The position numbers and the translations under genes were made by a program. The notes below the pieces were generated by a model. The model was given only the letters and a program-made list of their open reading frames with translations. It was not told where the DNA came from and did no database searches. A stretch of 62,860 nt of DNA, filler included, from Nitrospinae bacterium RIFCSPLOWO2_12_FULL_45_22 (GTDB lineage: Bacteria; 2-12-FULL-45-22): NCBI GenBank assembly GCA_001803565.1. It is 3 parts of 3 records of this genome, joined end to end, with 100 filler letters (N's around TTAATTAATTAA, not from the genome) between each part and the next. Parts side by side here need not be neighbours in the genome. Positions count along the whole stretch, not along the records: positions 48,481 to 62,860 come from MHDQ01000268.1; 2 more parts are not named here. The stretch is one strand, 5' to 3'. Shown here one piece after another: positions 54,681 to 62,860 of this stretch (the first letter of the stretch is position 1; every line of letters begins with the position of its first letter).

Positions 54681-55429
54681 GGGGGGCTTACTGCATCTGG
54701 GAGCGAGATTTAAAAGTCTTCTCCCGTAACCTATTGCCTGAACTAATAACTGTCGTAGCCTTTCCTATTACCTTTTTTCTGGCCTTTGCCCTGGGGCTAC
54801 AAAATTATATCCTGGATATCGAGGGAGTACCTTATGCGATCTTTGTGGTACCGGGATTGATCTCTATGACCGCAGCTATGGGGGCCTTTGATGATGGGGC
54901 CTGGGGACTCTGGTTCCATCGGGTAGTACAGGGCACTATAAGCGAATACCGCTGCAATCCCATTACCGTATATGACATTATTTTGGGTAAGATCATTTCT
55001 GGCTTTACCATAGCCTGCCTCAAGGGTAGTGCCATTGGGATTATCTTGTTCTTGCTGGTAGATTTCCCCTTTCGTACCCCTTTTCTGTTGAGCTATTCCC
55101 TTTTTATCTTTTTAGGCTCTATGATTTTTTCTTGTATCGGTTCTATCTGTGGCACAGTAATAGATAAGCCCGAGAACTTAGGCCGGCTAGAAGCTGTGGT
55201 AATCTGGCCACTGATCTTCCTGGCCGGATTATTCTTCCCTCTGTCGGTCTATCCCCAGAAGCTCCTACCCTACATAAAATTAGTCCCTACTACCGCCCTC
55301 TTTGATGGGGCTAGAACTGCCTTATTGGCAGGGAAGATAGATATAGGATATTTGATGATTTTGTTCTTTTGTGCTGGCCTTAGCTTTATATCGGCAGTAA
55401 TAATATTTGAAAAGAAGATGCACCAATAA
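54674..55429 (+). CDS. ABC-2 type permease (DrrB/NodJ-like)
   Basis: About 6 TMs, YAIFVVPGL, IILGK, FLAGLFFP. Confidence 0.92.
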   Translation: MLRGAYCIWERDLKVFSRNLLPELITVVAFPITFFLAFALGLQNYILDIEGVPYAIFVVPGLISMTAAMGAFDDGAWGLWFHRVVQGTISEYRCNPITVYDIILGKIISGFTIACLKGSAIGIILFLLVDFPFRTPFLLSYSLFIFLGSMIFSCIGSICGTVIDKPENLGRLEAVVIWPLIFLAGLFFPLSVYPQKLLPYIKLVPTTALFDGARTALLAGKIDIGYLMILFFCAGLSFISAVIIFEKKMHQ

Positions 55430-55430
55430 G

Positions 55431-55507
55431 AAGGTGCAAGGTTCAACGTTCAATGTGCTAAGTCCTAAGTTCGACATTGCACCTTGAACTTTGTACCTTA
55501 TACCTTT
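55431..55507. repeat. Heptamer-periodic inverted repeat between convergent genes (possible terminator)
   Basis: AAGGTGC-AAGGTTC-AACGTTC-AATGT ... ACATT-GCACCTT-GAACTTT-GTACCTT-ATACCTT. Confidence 0.8.
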
Positions 55508-57899
55508 AATGGGCAGGGGATATTTCCTGGAAGGCTTCGGGAAAGGCTATTCGCTCTTCTCTAAGTTCTTCTTTTTCTTCTAACTCAAAATCTTGCAACG
55601 CATTCGCCAATACTTCATCCATATTCTCTACTAATATTATCTTCACAACCTTTCTTATCTTTACGGGTATCTCCTTGAGATCCTTCTCATTATCTCTCGG
55701 TAGGATGACGTAAGAGATACCATAGCGGTGGGCAGCCAATATCTTTTCCTTCACACCACCAATAGGTAATACCCTTCCCCTAAGGGTGATCTCTCCCGTC
55801 ATAGCCACATCGTTCCGGACAGGTCTTTTAGTTAAAGCAGATACCAGGGCCGTGGCCATAGTAATGCCTGCGGAAGGGCCATCTTTAGGGATCGCTCCTT
55901 CGGGAACGTGGATATGGATATCTTTTTTCTGATAAAAATATTTCTCTAAACCTAATTGCCTGGAGCGAGAGCGGACATAGCTCAAGGCTGCCTGGGCTGA
56001 TTCCTGCATGACTTCACCCAGCTTACCGGTCAATATTAGTTTGCCTTTGCCATCCATTATAATAACCTCGGTAAGGAGCAATTCACCGCCAAACTCTGTC
56101 CAGGCTAACCCGGTAGCCAGGCCTATTCGACTCATCTCCTCTGTCTTTTCTGGGCGATATTTTGGCACCCCTAAATACTTAGTCACTCCCTGAGCACCTA
56201 TCTTTATCCTGGTCTTTTTCCCTTTTTTGGCTACGTCTTTGGCCACCTTGCGGCATATGGCCGCAATCTCCCGGTCCAGGTTCCTTACGCCAGCTTCCCG
56301 GGTATACTCCTGAATGATTCTCCTGATAGCATTGCGGGAAATAATCATATTCTTTTCTGTTAAACCATGTTCCGCAAGTTTTTTGGGAATCAGGAAATCT
56401 TCTGCAATCTTTATCTTTTCATAGTCAGTATAGCCCGGAAGCCTCAGGACCTCCATCCGGTCTTGCAATGGTTGAGGGATAGAGTAAAGGACATTAGCCG
56501 TGGTAATAAATAATACCTCTGAAAGGTCAAAGTCTACTTCTAAGTAGTGATCGCTGAAAGAATGGTTCTGTTCTGGGTCTAAGACCTCTAGCAAAGCAGA
56601 GGAAGGGTCCCCCCTAAAATCCGTACTCATCTTATCTACTTCATCTAACAAGAAGACTGGATTCTTTGATCCGGCCTTCTTCATAGATTGTATTATGCGA
56701 CCCGGTAAAGCCCCAATATATGTGCGGCGATGTCCCCGGATTTCCGCCTCGTCCCGGACGCCACCCAGTGATAACCGGACAAAACTTCGTCCCATAGCCC
56801 GGGCAATAGAACGGCCTAAAGAGGTCTTCCCTACCCCCGGAGGGCCTACAAAACAAAGGATAGGCCCCTTCATCTTTTCTACTAACTTTCTGACAGCCAG
56901 GTATTCAACGATCCTCTCTTTTACCTGGGACAAGCCATAATGGTCTTCGTTGAGGATCTTTTCTGCTTCCTTGATATCCAGCTTGTCCTGGGTTTTTTTC
57001 TGCCAGGGCAACTCTGCAAGCCAATCAATATAATTACGTACTACTGTGGCCTCGGCCGCCATAGGGGGCATCATCTCCAGTCTCTTCAACTCGCTGAGGG
57101 CCTTGTCATTTACGTCTTTGGGCATCTTGGCCTTTTTGATCTTATCTTTTAACTCTTCGATCTCGGACTTAAAATCATCGTGTTTACCTAGCTCTTTCTG
57201 AATAGCCTTCATCTGCTCCTGAAGATAATATTCTTTCTGGCTCTTCTCCATCTGCTTCTTGATCCGTCCTCTCACCCTTCTCTCAATCTTAAGTATCTCT
57301 ATCTCAGACTCAAGGATCTGGCTAATTTTCTCAAGCCTTTGGGTTAGGTCGAGGGTTGCTAATATGTCTTGCTTATCAGTGATCTTTAAGGGCAGATGGG
57401 CTATTACCATATCCGAGAAATGACCCGGATCATTGATTTTAATCAGAGAAGCTACTAATTCTTGTGGAAGTTTCTGGCCTAGCCGGGCATATTGCTCAAA
57501 CAGGGAACTGCTATGCCGGTATAAGGCCTCTATCCCGCGGGTAATCTCTTCTGATGGAGTAAGCCGTCTAATATTGACTTCAAAGAATTCTTCCTTAGGA
57601 GTAAAGCTAAGAATCTTCGCGCGGCATACCCCCTCAACCAAAACCTTTACTGCACCCTCGGCCATCTTCAATGTTTGTAATATATCTCCTACAATCCCAA
57701 TATCATAAATGTCTTTGGATGCCGGCTCCTGAATCTTGGCCATCTTTTGGGTAGCCAGTACAATATTCTTGTTGTCGGTCATAGCCTGGTCAATGGCCTT
57801 GATCGACTTAGCACGGGCTACAAAAAGGGGGATGATCATTTGAGGAAAAACAACAATATCTCGTAGCGGTACCAGGGGTAAAGTCTCTACCTTTTTCAT
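55506..57899 (-). CDS. lon: ATP-dependent protease La
   Basis: [27 protein letters not shown] (Ser), IGGVKEK (Lys). Confidence 0.99.
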   Translation of the reverse strand: MKKVETLPLVPLRDIVVFPQMIIPLFVARAKSIKAIDQAMTDNKNIVLATQKMAKIQEPASKDIYDIGIVGDILQTLKMAEGAVKVLVEGVCRAKILSFTPKEEFFEVNIRRLTPSEEITRGIEALYRHSSSLFEQYARLGQKLPQELVASLIKINDPGHFSDMVIAHLPLKITDKQDILATLDLTQRLEKISQILESEIEILKIERRVRGRIKKQMEKSQKEYYLQEQMKAIQKELGKHDDFKSEIEELKDKIKKAKMPKDVNDKALSELKRLEMMPPMAAEATVVRNYIDWLAELPWQKKTQDKLDIKEAEKILNEDHYGLSQVKERIVEYLAVRKLVEKMKGPILCFVGPPGVGKTSLGRSIARAMGRSFVRLSLGGVRDEAEIRGHRRTYIGALPGRIIQSMKKAGSKNPVFLLDEVDKMSTDFRGDPSSALLEVLDPEQNHSFSDHYLEVDFDLSEVLFITTANVLYSIPQPLQDRMEVLRLPGYTDYEKIKIAEDFLIPKKLAEHGLTEKNMIISRNAIRRIIQEYTREAGVRNLDREIAAICRKVAKDVAKKGKKTRIKIGAQGVTKYLGVPKYRPEKTEEMSRIGLATGLAWTEFGGELLLTEVIIMDGKGKLILTGKLGEVMQESAQAALSYVRSRSRQLGLEKYFYQKKDIHIHVPEGAIPKDGPSAGITMATALVSALTKRPVRNDVAMTGEITLRGRVLPIGGVKEKILAAHRYGISYVILPRDNEKDLKEIPVKIRKVVKIILVENMDEVLANALQDFELEEKEELREERIAFPEAFQEISPAH

Positions 57900-57926
57900 C
57901 CAGTATCATTCCTTAATAGTTAAATT

Positions 57927-57951
57927 AACGCAGGCTAAAGCCTGCGACTAC
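57927..57951 (-). repeat. Single GTAG-REP
   Basis: Minus strand GTAGTCGCAGGCTTTAGCCTGCGTT. Confidence 0.75.
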
Positions 57952-58051
57952 CACAAAACCGCATTAAAAAAATGAAAATTCCTATACAATCAAGGTAATA
58001 CAATCGCGCATCACCTCTGCACGCAGAGGCAACCGCGATAAAATCTAAAGC

Positions 58052-58121
58052 TTAAAGCGAAAAATGCAAAATTAAGGAATTATTCCCTGGTTTCACACTT
58101 TGCGCTCTACACTTTTAGCCT
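58052..58121. repeat. Heptamer-type dispersed repeat, copy 2 (within a degenerate CGCAGAG shell)
   Basis: 33/35 identity to 21348-21382. Confidence 0.85.
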
Positions 58122-58219
58122 CCTTTTGTATCCTATATCAGCGTTCTTTGCGCCCTCATCTGTAATCTGAATCTGGATTGGAAACTAATTAGTGCCACGA
58201 TTTCATTTATGGATGGGCA

Positions 58220-59464
58220 CTAACTAGCCTGTTTCTCATATAGAATGAGGGGTTTTTCCTGACGGGTAATGACTTCCTCGCTAATAATACATTCTTTAAT
58301 ATTTTTCTGCGAAGGTATCTCATACATCATATCCAACATGATCTCTTCCAGGATAGCCCGGAGGCCCCGCGCCCCGCTCTTTCGCTTCATAGCCTCTCGG
58401 GAAATGGCCCGTAAAGCACTCTCGGTAAATTTAAGTTTGACCTTTTCAAATTCGAACATCTTCTGATACTGCTTTATTAAGGCATTCTTGGGTTCAGTCA
58501 AAACCTGTACCAGCGCCCCTTCATCAAGTTCATCTAAAACCGCTATTACCGGCAGACGGCCAATCAGCTCCGGAATTAAGCCATATTTTAATAAATCTTC
58601 TGGCTGTATCTGATGCAGAAGTTGACTAATACTTTTATCGTCTTTAGTCACCAGTCCCGCCTTAAACCCGACGGTTTTATTCCCTAGTCTGTGAGAGACA
58701 ATATTTTCTAACCCTACAAAAGCGCCACCACAGATAAACAGGATATTAGTAGTATCCACCTGGAGGAATTCCTGATGGGGGTGTTTACGACCGCCCTGCG
58801 GGGGCACATTAGCTGTAGTCCCTTCCATTATCTTCAGGAGGGCCTGTTGTACCCCTTCTCCTGAAACATCCCGGGTAATGGAAGGGTTGTCAGATTTCCT
58901 GCTAATCTTATCTATTTCATCAATATATATAATCCCTCGTTCGGCCTTTTCTACATCATAATCCGCTGCCTGAAGTAATTTCAGCACAATATTTTCTACA
59001 TCCTCTCCCACATACCCGGCCTCTGTCAAACACGTAGCATCCGCAATAGTGAAGGGGACGTTCAGGATTCTGGCTAAGGTTTGAGCCAGCAGTGTCTTAC
59101 CTGAGCCGGTAGGACCAACCATGAGGATGTTACTCTTTTGTAGTTCTATATCATCCATTCTTATATTGGACTCAATCCGTTTATAATGGTTATGGACGGC
59201 TACAGATAATATCTTTTTGGCCTTTTCCTGTCCAACTACATATTCGTCTAATATGGTCTTTATCTCTTTAGGTTTTAGTAACTTTTTAAATTCTTCCCCT
59301 TTATCCTCTACCCATTCTTCCACAATAATATCATTGCACAGATCCACACACTCATCGCAGATATAGACTGAAGGGCCAGCGATAAGTTTCTTTACCTCAT
59401 CCTGGCTCTTGCCGCAGAAAGAACACCTGTAGGTTTCAGTATTTCCACCGGTTCTCCTGGCCAT
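58220..59464 (-). CDS. clpX: ATP-dependent Clp protease ATPase ClpX
   Basis: [14 protein letters not shown] zinc finger, [17 protein letters not shown] 59464 follows AGGAGG. Confidence 0.99.
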   Translation of the reverse strand: MARRTGGNTETYRCSFCGKSQDEVKKLIAGPSVYICDECVDLCNDIIVEEWVEDKGEEFKKLLKPKEIKTILDEYVVGQEKAKKILSVAVHNHYKRIESNIRMDDIELQKSNILMVGPTGSGKTLLAQTLARILNVPFTIADATCLTEAGYVGEDVENIVLKLLQAADYDVEKAERGIIYIDEIDKISRKSDNPSITRDVSGEGVQQALLKIMEGTTANVPPQGGRKHPHQEFLQVDTTNILFICGGAFVGLENIVSHRLGNKTVGFKAGLVTKDDKSISQLLHQIQPEDLLKYGLIPELIGRLPVIAVLDELDEGALVQVLTEPKNALIKQYQKMFEFEKVKLKFTESALRAISREAMKRKSGARGLRAILEEIMLDMMYEIPSQKNIKECIISEEVITRQEKPLILYEKQAS

Positions 59465-59475
59465 GAATCTCCTCC

Positions 59476-60090
59476 TCATCTTTTCTCAAGCAGCTTTGCC
59501 GCATCTCTAGAAGTGATTACCTCATCAATAAGACCATATTCCTTTGCCTGGATTCCACTCATAAAAAAATCCCTTTCGGTATCCTGCCGGATCTTTTCTG
59601 GCGGTTGACTCGTGTGCCGCACTAATATATCATCCAGGGTCTGGCGCATCCGAATGATCTCCTGGGCTTGTATCGCAATATCAGTGGCCTGGCCCTGAAA
59701 ACTACCCATAGGCTGATGGATCATAATACGGGCATGGGGCAAGGCAAACCTCTTACCTTTTGCCCCGGCTGTTAATAACAGAGACCCCATACTAGCGGCC
59801 TGACCTATACAAATAGTAGAGACATCAGGTTTTATATATTGGATAGTATCATATATAGCAAGCCCGGAAGTTACATAGCCTCCAGGACAATTCAGATAGA
59901 GAAAGATATCCCGCTCGGGTTCCTCTGCCTCTAAGAACAATAGCTGGGCGATTATAAGATTAGAGATATTATCATCAATAGGCATACCCAAAAAGATTAT
60001 CCTATCTTTTAATAAGCGGGAAAAAATATCATATGCCCGCTCACCTCTGCTGGTCTGCTCTACGACAATAGGTACCAAATAATCTATCAT
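59476..60090 (-). CDS. clpP: Clp protease proteolytic subunit
   Basis: [36 protein letters not shown]. Confidence 0.99.
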   Translation of the reverse strand: MIDYLVPIVVEQTSRGERAYDIFSRLLKDRIIFLGMPIDDNISNLIIAQLLFLEAEEPERDIFLYLNCPGGYVTSGLAIYDTIQYIKPDVSTICIGQAASMGSLLLTAGAKGKRFALPHARIMIHQPMGSFQGQATDIAIQAQEIIRMRQTLDDILVRHTSQPPEKIRQDTERDFFMSGIQAKEYGLIDEVITSRDAAKLLEKR

Positions 60091-61394
60091 GAGACCAATT
60101 CCTCCTCTACTTTCTCTTCGGAAGGTTCCTCTGGGTCAATAATATCTTCTTGAATCTTGCTCTTTTTTACTAAAAGCTCCAGGGTCTTACGACGGCCCAA
60201 TTGGTTCCTTAATCCTTCACCCATCTCTTTTCTAATAGCCTCCTCACTTTGTTTTAAACCAGCAGCGGCTAGCTTGATCTCTTTATCCACTTCTTCTTCT
60301 GAAACCTCTACCGCTTCCAATTCCTTAATCTTTTCCAGGATAAGTTCTGTCTGAATATTTCTGAGGGCAGACTCGCGAAAGTTTTCCCGGTAGGACTCAG
60401 GGTTTACTAATTTCATCCCTTGTAGTTTTAGCCGGGTCTCCATATTATGCAGCATCCGCTCCATCTCAGCTTCTATTAGAGCTTCCGGCACGGGAAAAGG
60501 GTTCTCTTCTAATAACCGATCCACGATTTCCTTTTCCAAAAGGGCCCCTGCCCTATGGGCCGCATACTCTTCTAACTCTTTAAATATCTTTTCCCTTAAC
60601 TCCGCCACGGTTTCTACCTGCTCCCGTACTTCTTTGGCAAATTCATCATTCAGTTCTGGTAACCGTTTTACCTTAATCTCATTCAACTGAGCTTCAAACA
60701 AAACCTCTTTTCCCGCTAGCTCTTCTTGGTGATAATCCGGCGGAAAAACCACCCTGATATTTTTCCTCTCTCCTGCATTCATACCTACTAATTGTTCTTC
60801 AAAAGAATCCGGGAGAGAATTAGATCCAATGATTACCTGGAGGTTTTCGGCTTTCAGCTCGGGTAATTTTTCTCCCGCCAAATAACCCTGGTAATTGAGG
60901 ACTACATAATCCTCTTCCCTGGCTGTACCATCCGAAGCATCCCATTGGGCATGGATTTCCCGCAATCGTTCCATTTCTTTTGTTATCTGTTCGTCAGTTA
61001 CACGGACTGTCTTCTTGGTAAGCTCCCAACCACCATATTCTTTTAAAGAAATATCTGGAATGACATCCACAATAGCCGTAAACCGTAAAGGCTTATCCTC
61101 TCCTAAGTCAACCTCATCCAACCGGGGGGTACCTATGGCTTTTATTCCGTTTTCCTGGATAACCTTGGTACAAGTATCAGGTATAACCTTATTTATCAGC
61201 TCGTTTTCTACCTCAGCCTTATATAGTCTCTCTAAGAGGCCCCTAGGAACCTTTCCGGGCCGAAAGCCTTTAACCTTTACCTTCTTTTGGAAATCCCGGT
61301 AAATGTTATCCAGTTCCTTTTTCACCACTTCAGGAGGTATCTCAACCTCTAACCTCTTTTGACATGCATTGATCTCTTGTACCTCGATCTTCAT
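60087..61394 (-). CDS. tig: Trigger factor
   Basis: [12 protein letters not shown]-like domain, [10 protein letters not shown]; tig-clpP-clpX-lon order. Confidence 0.97.
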   Translation of the reverse strand: MKIEVQEINACQKRLEVEIPPEVVKKELDNIYRDFQKKVKVKGFRPGKVPRGLLERLYKAEVENELINKVIPDTCTKVIQENGIKAIGTPRLDEVDLGEDKPLRFTAIVDVIPDISLKEYGGWELTKKTVRVTDEQITKEMERLREIHAQWDASDGTAREEDYVVLNYQGYLAGEKLPELKAENLQVIIGSNSLPDSFEEQLVGMNAGERKNIRVVFPPDYHQEELAGKEVLFEAQLNEIKVKRLPELNDEFAKEVREQVETVAELREKIFKELEEYAAHRAGALLEKEIVDRLLEENPFPVPEALIEAEMERMLHNMETRLKLQGMKLVNPESYRENFRESALRNIQTELILEKIKELEAVEVSEEEVDKEIKLAAAGLKQSEEAIRKEMGEGLRNQLGRRKTLELLVKKSKIQEDIIDPEEPSEEKVEEELVS

Positions 61395-61413
61395 TTCGCT
61401 CCTCTGTGGTTAG

Positions 61414-61493
61414 TGCGAGGAGGGGGACTCGAACCCCCACAGTTGCCCACTGGAGCCTAAGTCCAGCGCGTCTGCCAATTCCGCCATCCTCGC
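61414..61493 (-). tRNA. tRNA-Leu(TAG), CCA not encoded
   Basis: GCGAGGATGGCGGAATTGGCAGACGCGCTGGACTTAGGCTCCAG...CCTCGCA followed by CTA. Confidence 0.96.
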
Positions 61494-61495
61494 CC

Positions 61496-61571
61496 TGGTG
61501 AGCCGCGAAGGGCTCGAACCTTCAACCTACGGATTAAGAGTCCGGTGCTCTACCAATTGAGCTAGCGGCCC
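61496..61571 (-). tRNA. tRNA-Lys(CTT)
   Basis: GGGCCGCTAGCTCAATTGGTAGAGCACCGGACTCTTAATCCG...GCGGCTCACCA. Confidence 0.96.
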
Positions 61572-61605
61572 AAATTAAGAAAAATCCATCTCCTAATTGG
61601 CATTC

Positions 61606-61634
61606 TTTTTAACACCTTTTACGGGGTTTGTCAA
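61606..61634 (-). promoter_or_regulatory. Sigma70-type promoter for the tRNA-Lys/Leu-tig operon
   Basis: Minus strand TTGACA-N17-TAAAAA with extended -10 TG. Confidence 0.55.
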
Positions 61635-61646
61635 TGAATAGAAGGG

Positions 61647-62450
61647 CTAAAAACCCAGCACATCCTTCATATTATAGAGGCGTCCTGGGGGTTGATTGAT
61701 GATCCACCTGGCGGCTTGTAGAGCGCCCTGGGCAAAGTTCTGCCGGCTATGGGCCCGGTGGATAAGCTCTATTCGTTCACCCGGACCAGCAAAGATTACC
61801 TGATGTTCCCCTACAATATCTCCTCCCCGCACCGCATGGATAGCGATCTCCTGCTGCCCCCTTTGACCGACCTGCCCTTTCCGGCCATAGACCCCAACTT
61901 CACCTAATTGGCGGCCCAGGGTTTGGCACACAATCTCGGCCATCTTCAAGGCCGTGCCACTAGGGGCATCTACCTTGAGGCGGTGATGGGTCTCGATAAT
62001 CTCTATATCATAACCATCCGCTAGAGTCGCGGCAGCCTTTTCCAGGAGGGCGAACAGCAGGTTCACCCCGATACTCATATTAGGCGAAAGCAGGCAAGAT
62101 ATCTGTTGGGCGGTACTATTTATAGTCTGAAGCTGTTCTTGAGAGAAACCAGTAGTGCCGATAACCATGGGTTTTGAATGAGCAACCGCAATAGCAAGGG
62201 TGTCTAAAGTAGCCACTGGGCTAGTGAAGTCTATTAGCACATCTCCCTGGGGGGCTACCTGGTTTAAATCATCTGTAATGGAGATGCCTAATTTCTTTAC
62301 TCCTATTATCTCACCGAGGTCCTGTCCGATAGCTTCCGAGCCTTTCCTCTCTGAAGCGCCAGCCAGCTCAAACCCCGGGCTCTCCAAAACCGTTTGACAA
62401 ATAGTCTTACCCATCCGACCCGCCACCCCTATTACTATTACTTTTACCAT
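61647..62450 (-). CDS. dapB: 4-hydroxy-tetrahydrodipicolinate reductase
   Basis: GVAGRMG, IDFT, IGTTG, ETHHRLKVDAPSGTA. Confidence 0.98.
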   Translation of the reverse strand: MVKVIVIGVAGRMGKTICQTVLESPGFELAGASERKGSEAIGQDLGEIIGVKKLGISITDDLNQVAPQGDVLIDFTSPVATLDTLAIAVAHSKPMVIGTTGFSQEQLQTINSTAQQISCLLSPNMSIGVNLLFALLEKAAATLADGYDIEIIETHHRLKVDAPSGTALKMAEIVCQTLGRQLGEVGVYGRKGQVGQRGQQEIAIHAVRGGDIVGEHQVIFAGPGERIELIHRAHSRQNFAQGALQAARWIINQPPGRLYNMKDVLGF

Positions 62451-62498
62451 CTTATCCTCCCATATATAACCCTGCGTTATACCCCGGGTGCTTGCCGT

Positions 62499-62860
62499 TC
62501 ATTTTGTAAGCTCCATGAAGACTTCGGATCTTACTCTCTCTCTAATTTTGCGATTTAAGACGGTTTCAAGATAAGAATTAATGATCTCGTCCATCCGGGT
62601 TTTTAATCGTTCTAACTCCGGAAGGATGCTTCTTAGGTATTCATCATCTTTTGGCACATAAACCTCTGGCATCTCCGCATCAAAGAAGACCCTTAGATAA
62701 CGAGCCTCTTCCCTTGACCGACATTCAAGGAACCTCCGTTTCTTTCTGCCGACTCTAGTATAATATAGTTTCCAGCCGAAGAGGTCCCTCTCTATCTTCA
62801 TATTTTCCAGAGAGGAATAAGGGGCCTCCCGCTTAGTTCGCAACTTCTTTGGTAAAGAGA
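62499..62860 (-). CDS. C-terminal part of a gene running off the window; resembles C-termini of type IIG restriction-modification enzymes
   Basis: Frame is open to the window edge; LECRSREEARYLRVF...VYVP followed by an amphipathic helical tail. Family assignment is from recollection only. Confidence 0.4.
   Translation of the reverse strand, partial: SLPKKLRTKREAPYSSLENMKIERDLFGWKLYYTRVGRKKRRFLECRSREEARYLRVFFDAEMPEVYVPKDDEYLRSILPELERLKTRMDEIINSYLETVLNRKIRERVRSEVFMELTK

Overview
This is a concatenated draft-genome or MAG window from a Gram-negative, probably anaerobic bacterium with Deltaproteobacteria-like gene content; the taxon cannot be fixed from sequence alone. Three contigs are joined by artificial N-TTAATTAATTAA-N linkers at 29475-29574 and 48381-48480, so adjacency across them is meaningless. 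Contig 1 carries a sigma54 response regulator, a highly divergent orphan B12-dependent acyl-CoA mutase large subunit, PGI/PMI, lepA-lepB, two 2-hydroxyacyl-CoA dehydratase/benzoyl-CoA reductase-type subunits, an IS701 remnant next to a truncated nfi, and tyrS. It also has a complete rRNA operon (16S, tRNA-Ile, tRNA-Ala, 23S with a helix-45 intervening hairpin, 5S), yebC-ruvCAB, a radical SAM gene, queH, DUF58 plus transglutaminase, two sugar epimerases and pilD. Contig 2 is a flagellar cluster (flhA to flgJ) in which fliE abuts fliK with no fliFGHIJ. Contig 3 carries a secreted 16-blade beta-propeller/Fn3 protein, a MaoC-type dehydratase, an orphan encapsulated-ferritin-like protein, an ABC-2 exporter, lon-clpX-clpP-tig, two tRNAs and dapB. 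The most striking unexplained structure is non-coding. Most longer intergenic gaps hold members of several families of short palindromic elements (GTAG-REPs, 7-nt-periodic and 9/10-nt-periodic inverted repeats) nested like Russian dolls. One micro-palindrome is inserted twice at the same AGC^TTGC site of a REP. An unannotated RAYT (REP-associated tyrosine transposase) gene fragment is fused to one element end. Related sequence appears inside fliK, at the 3' end of ruvB, and possibly in the 23S rRNA.
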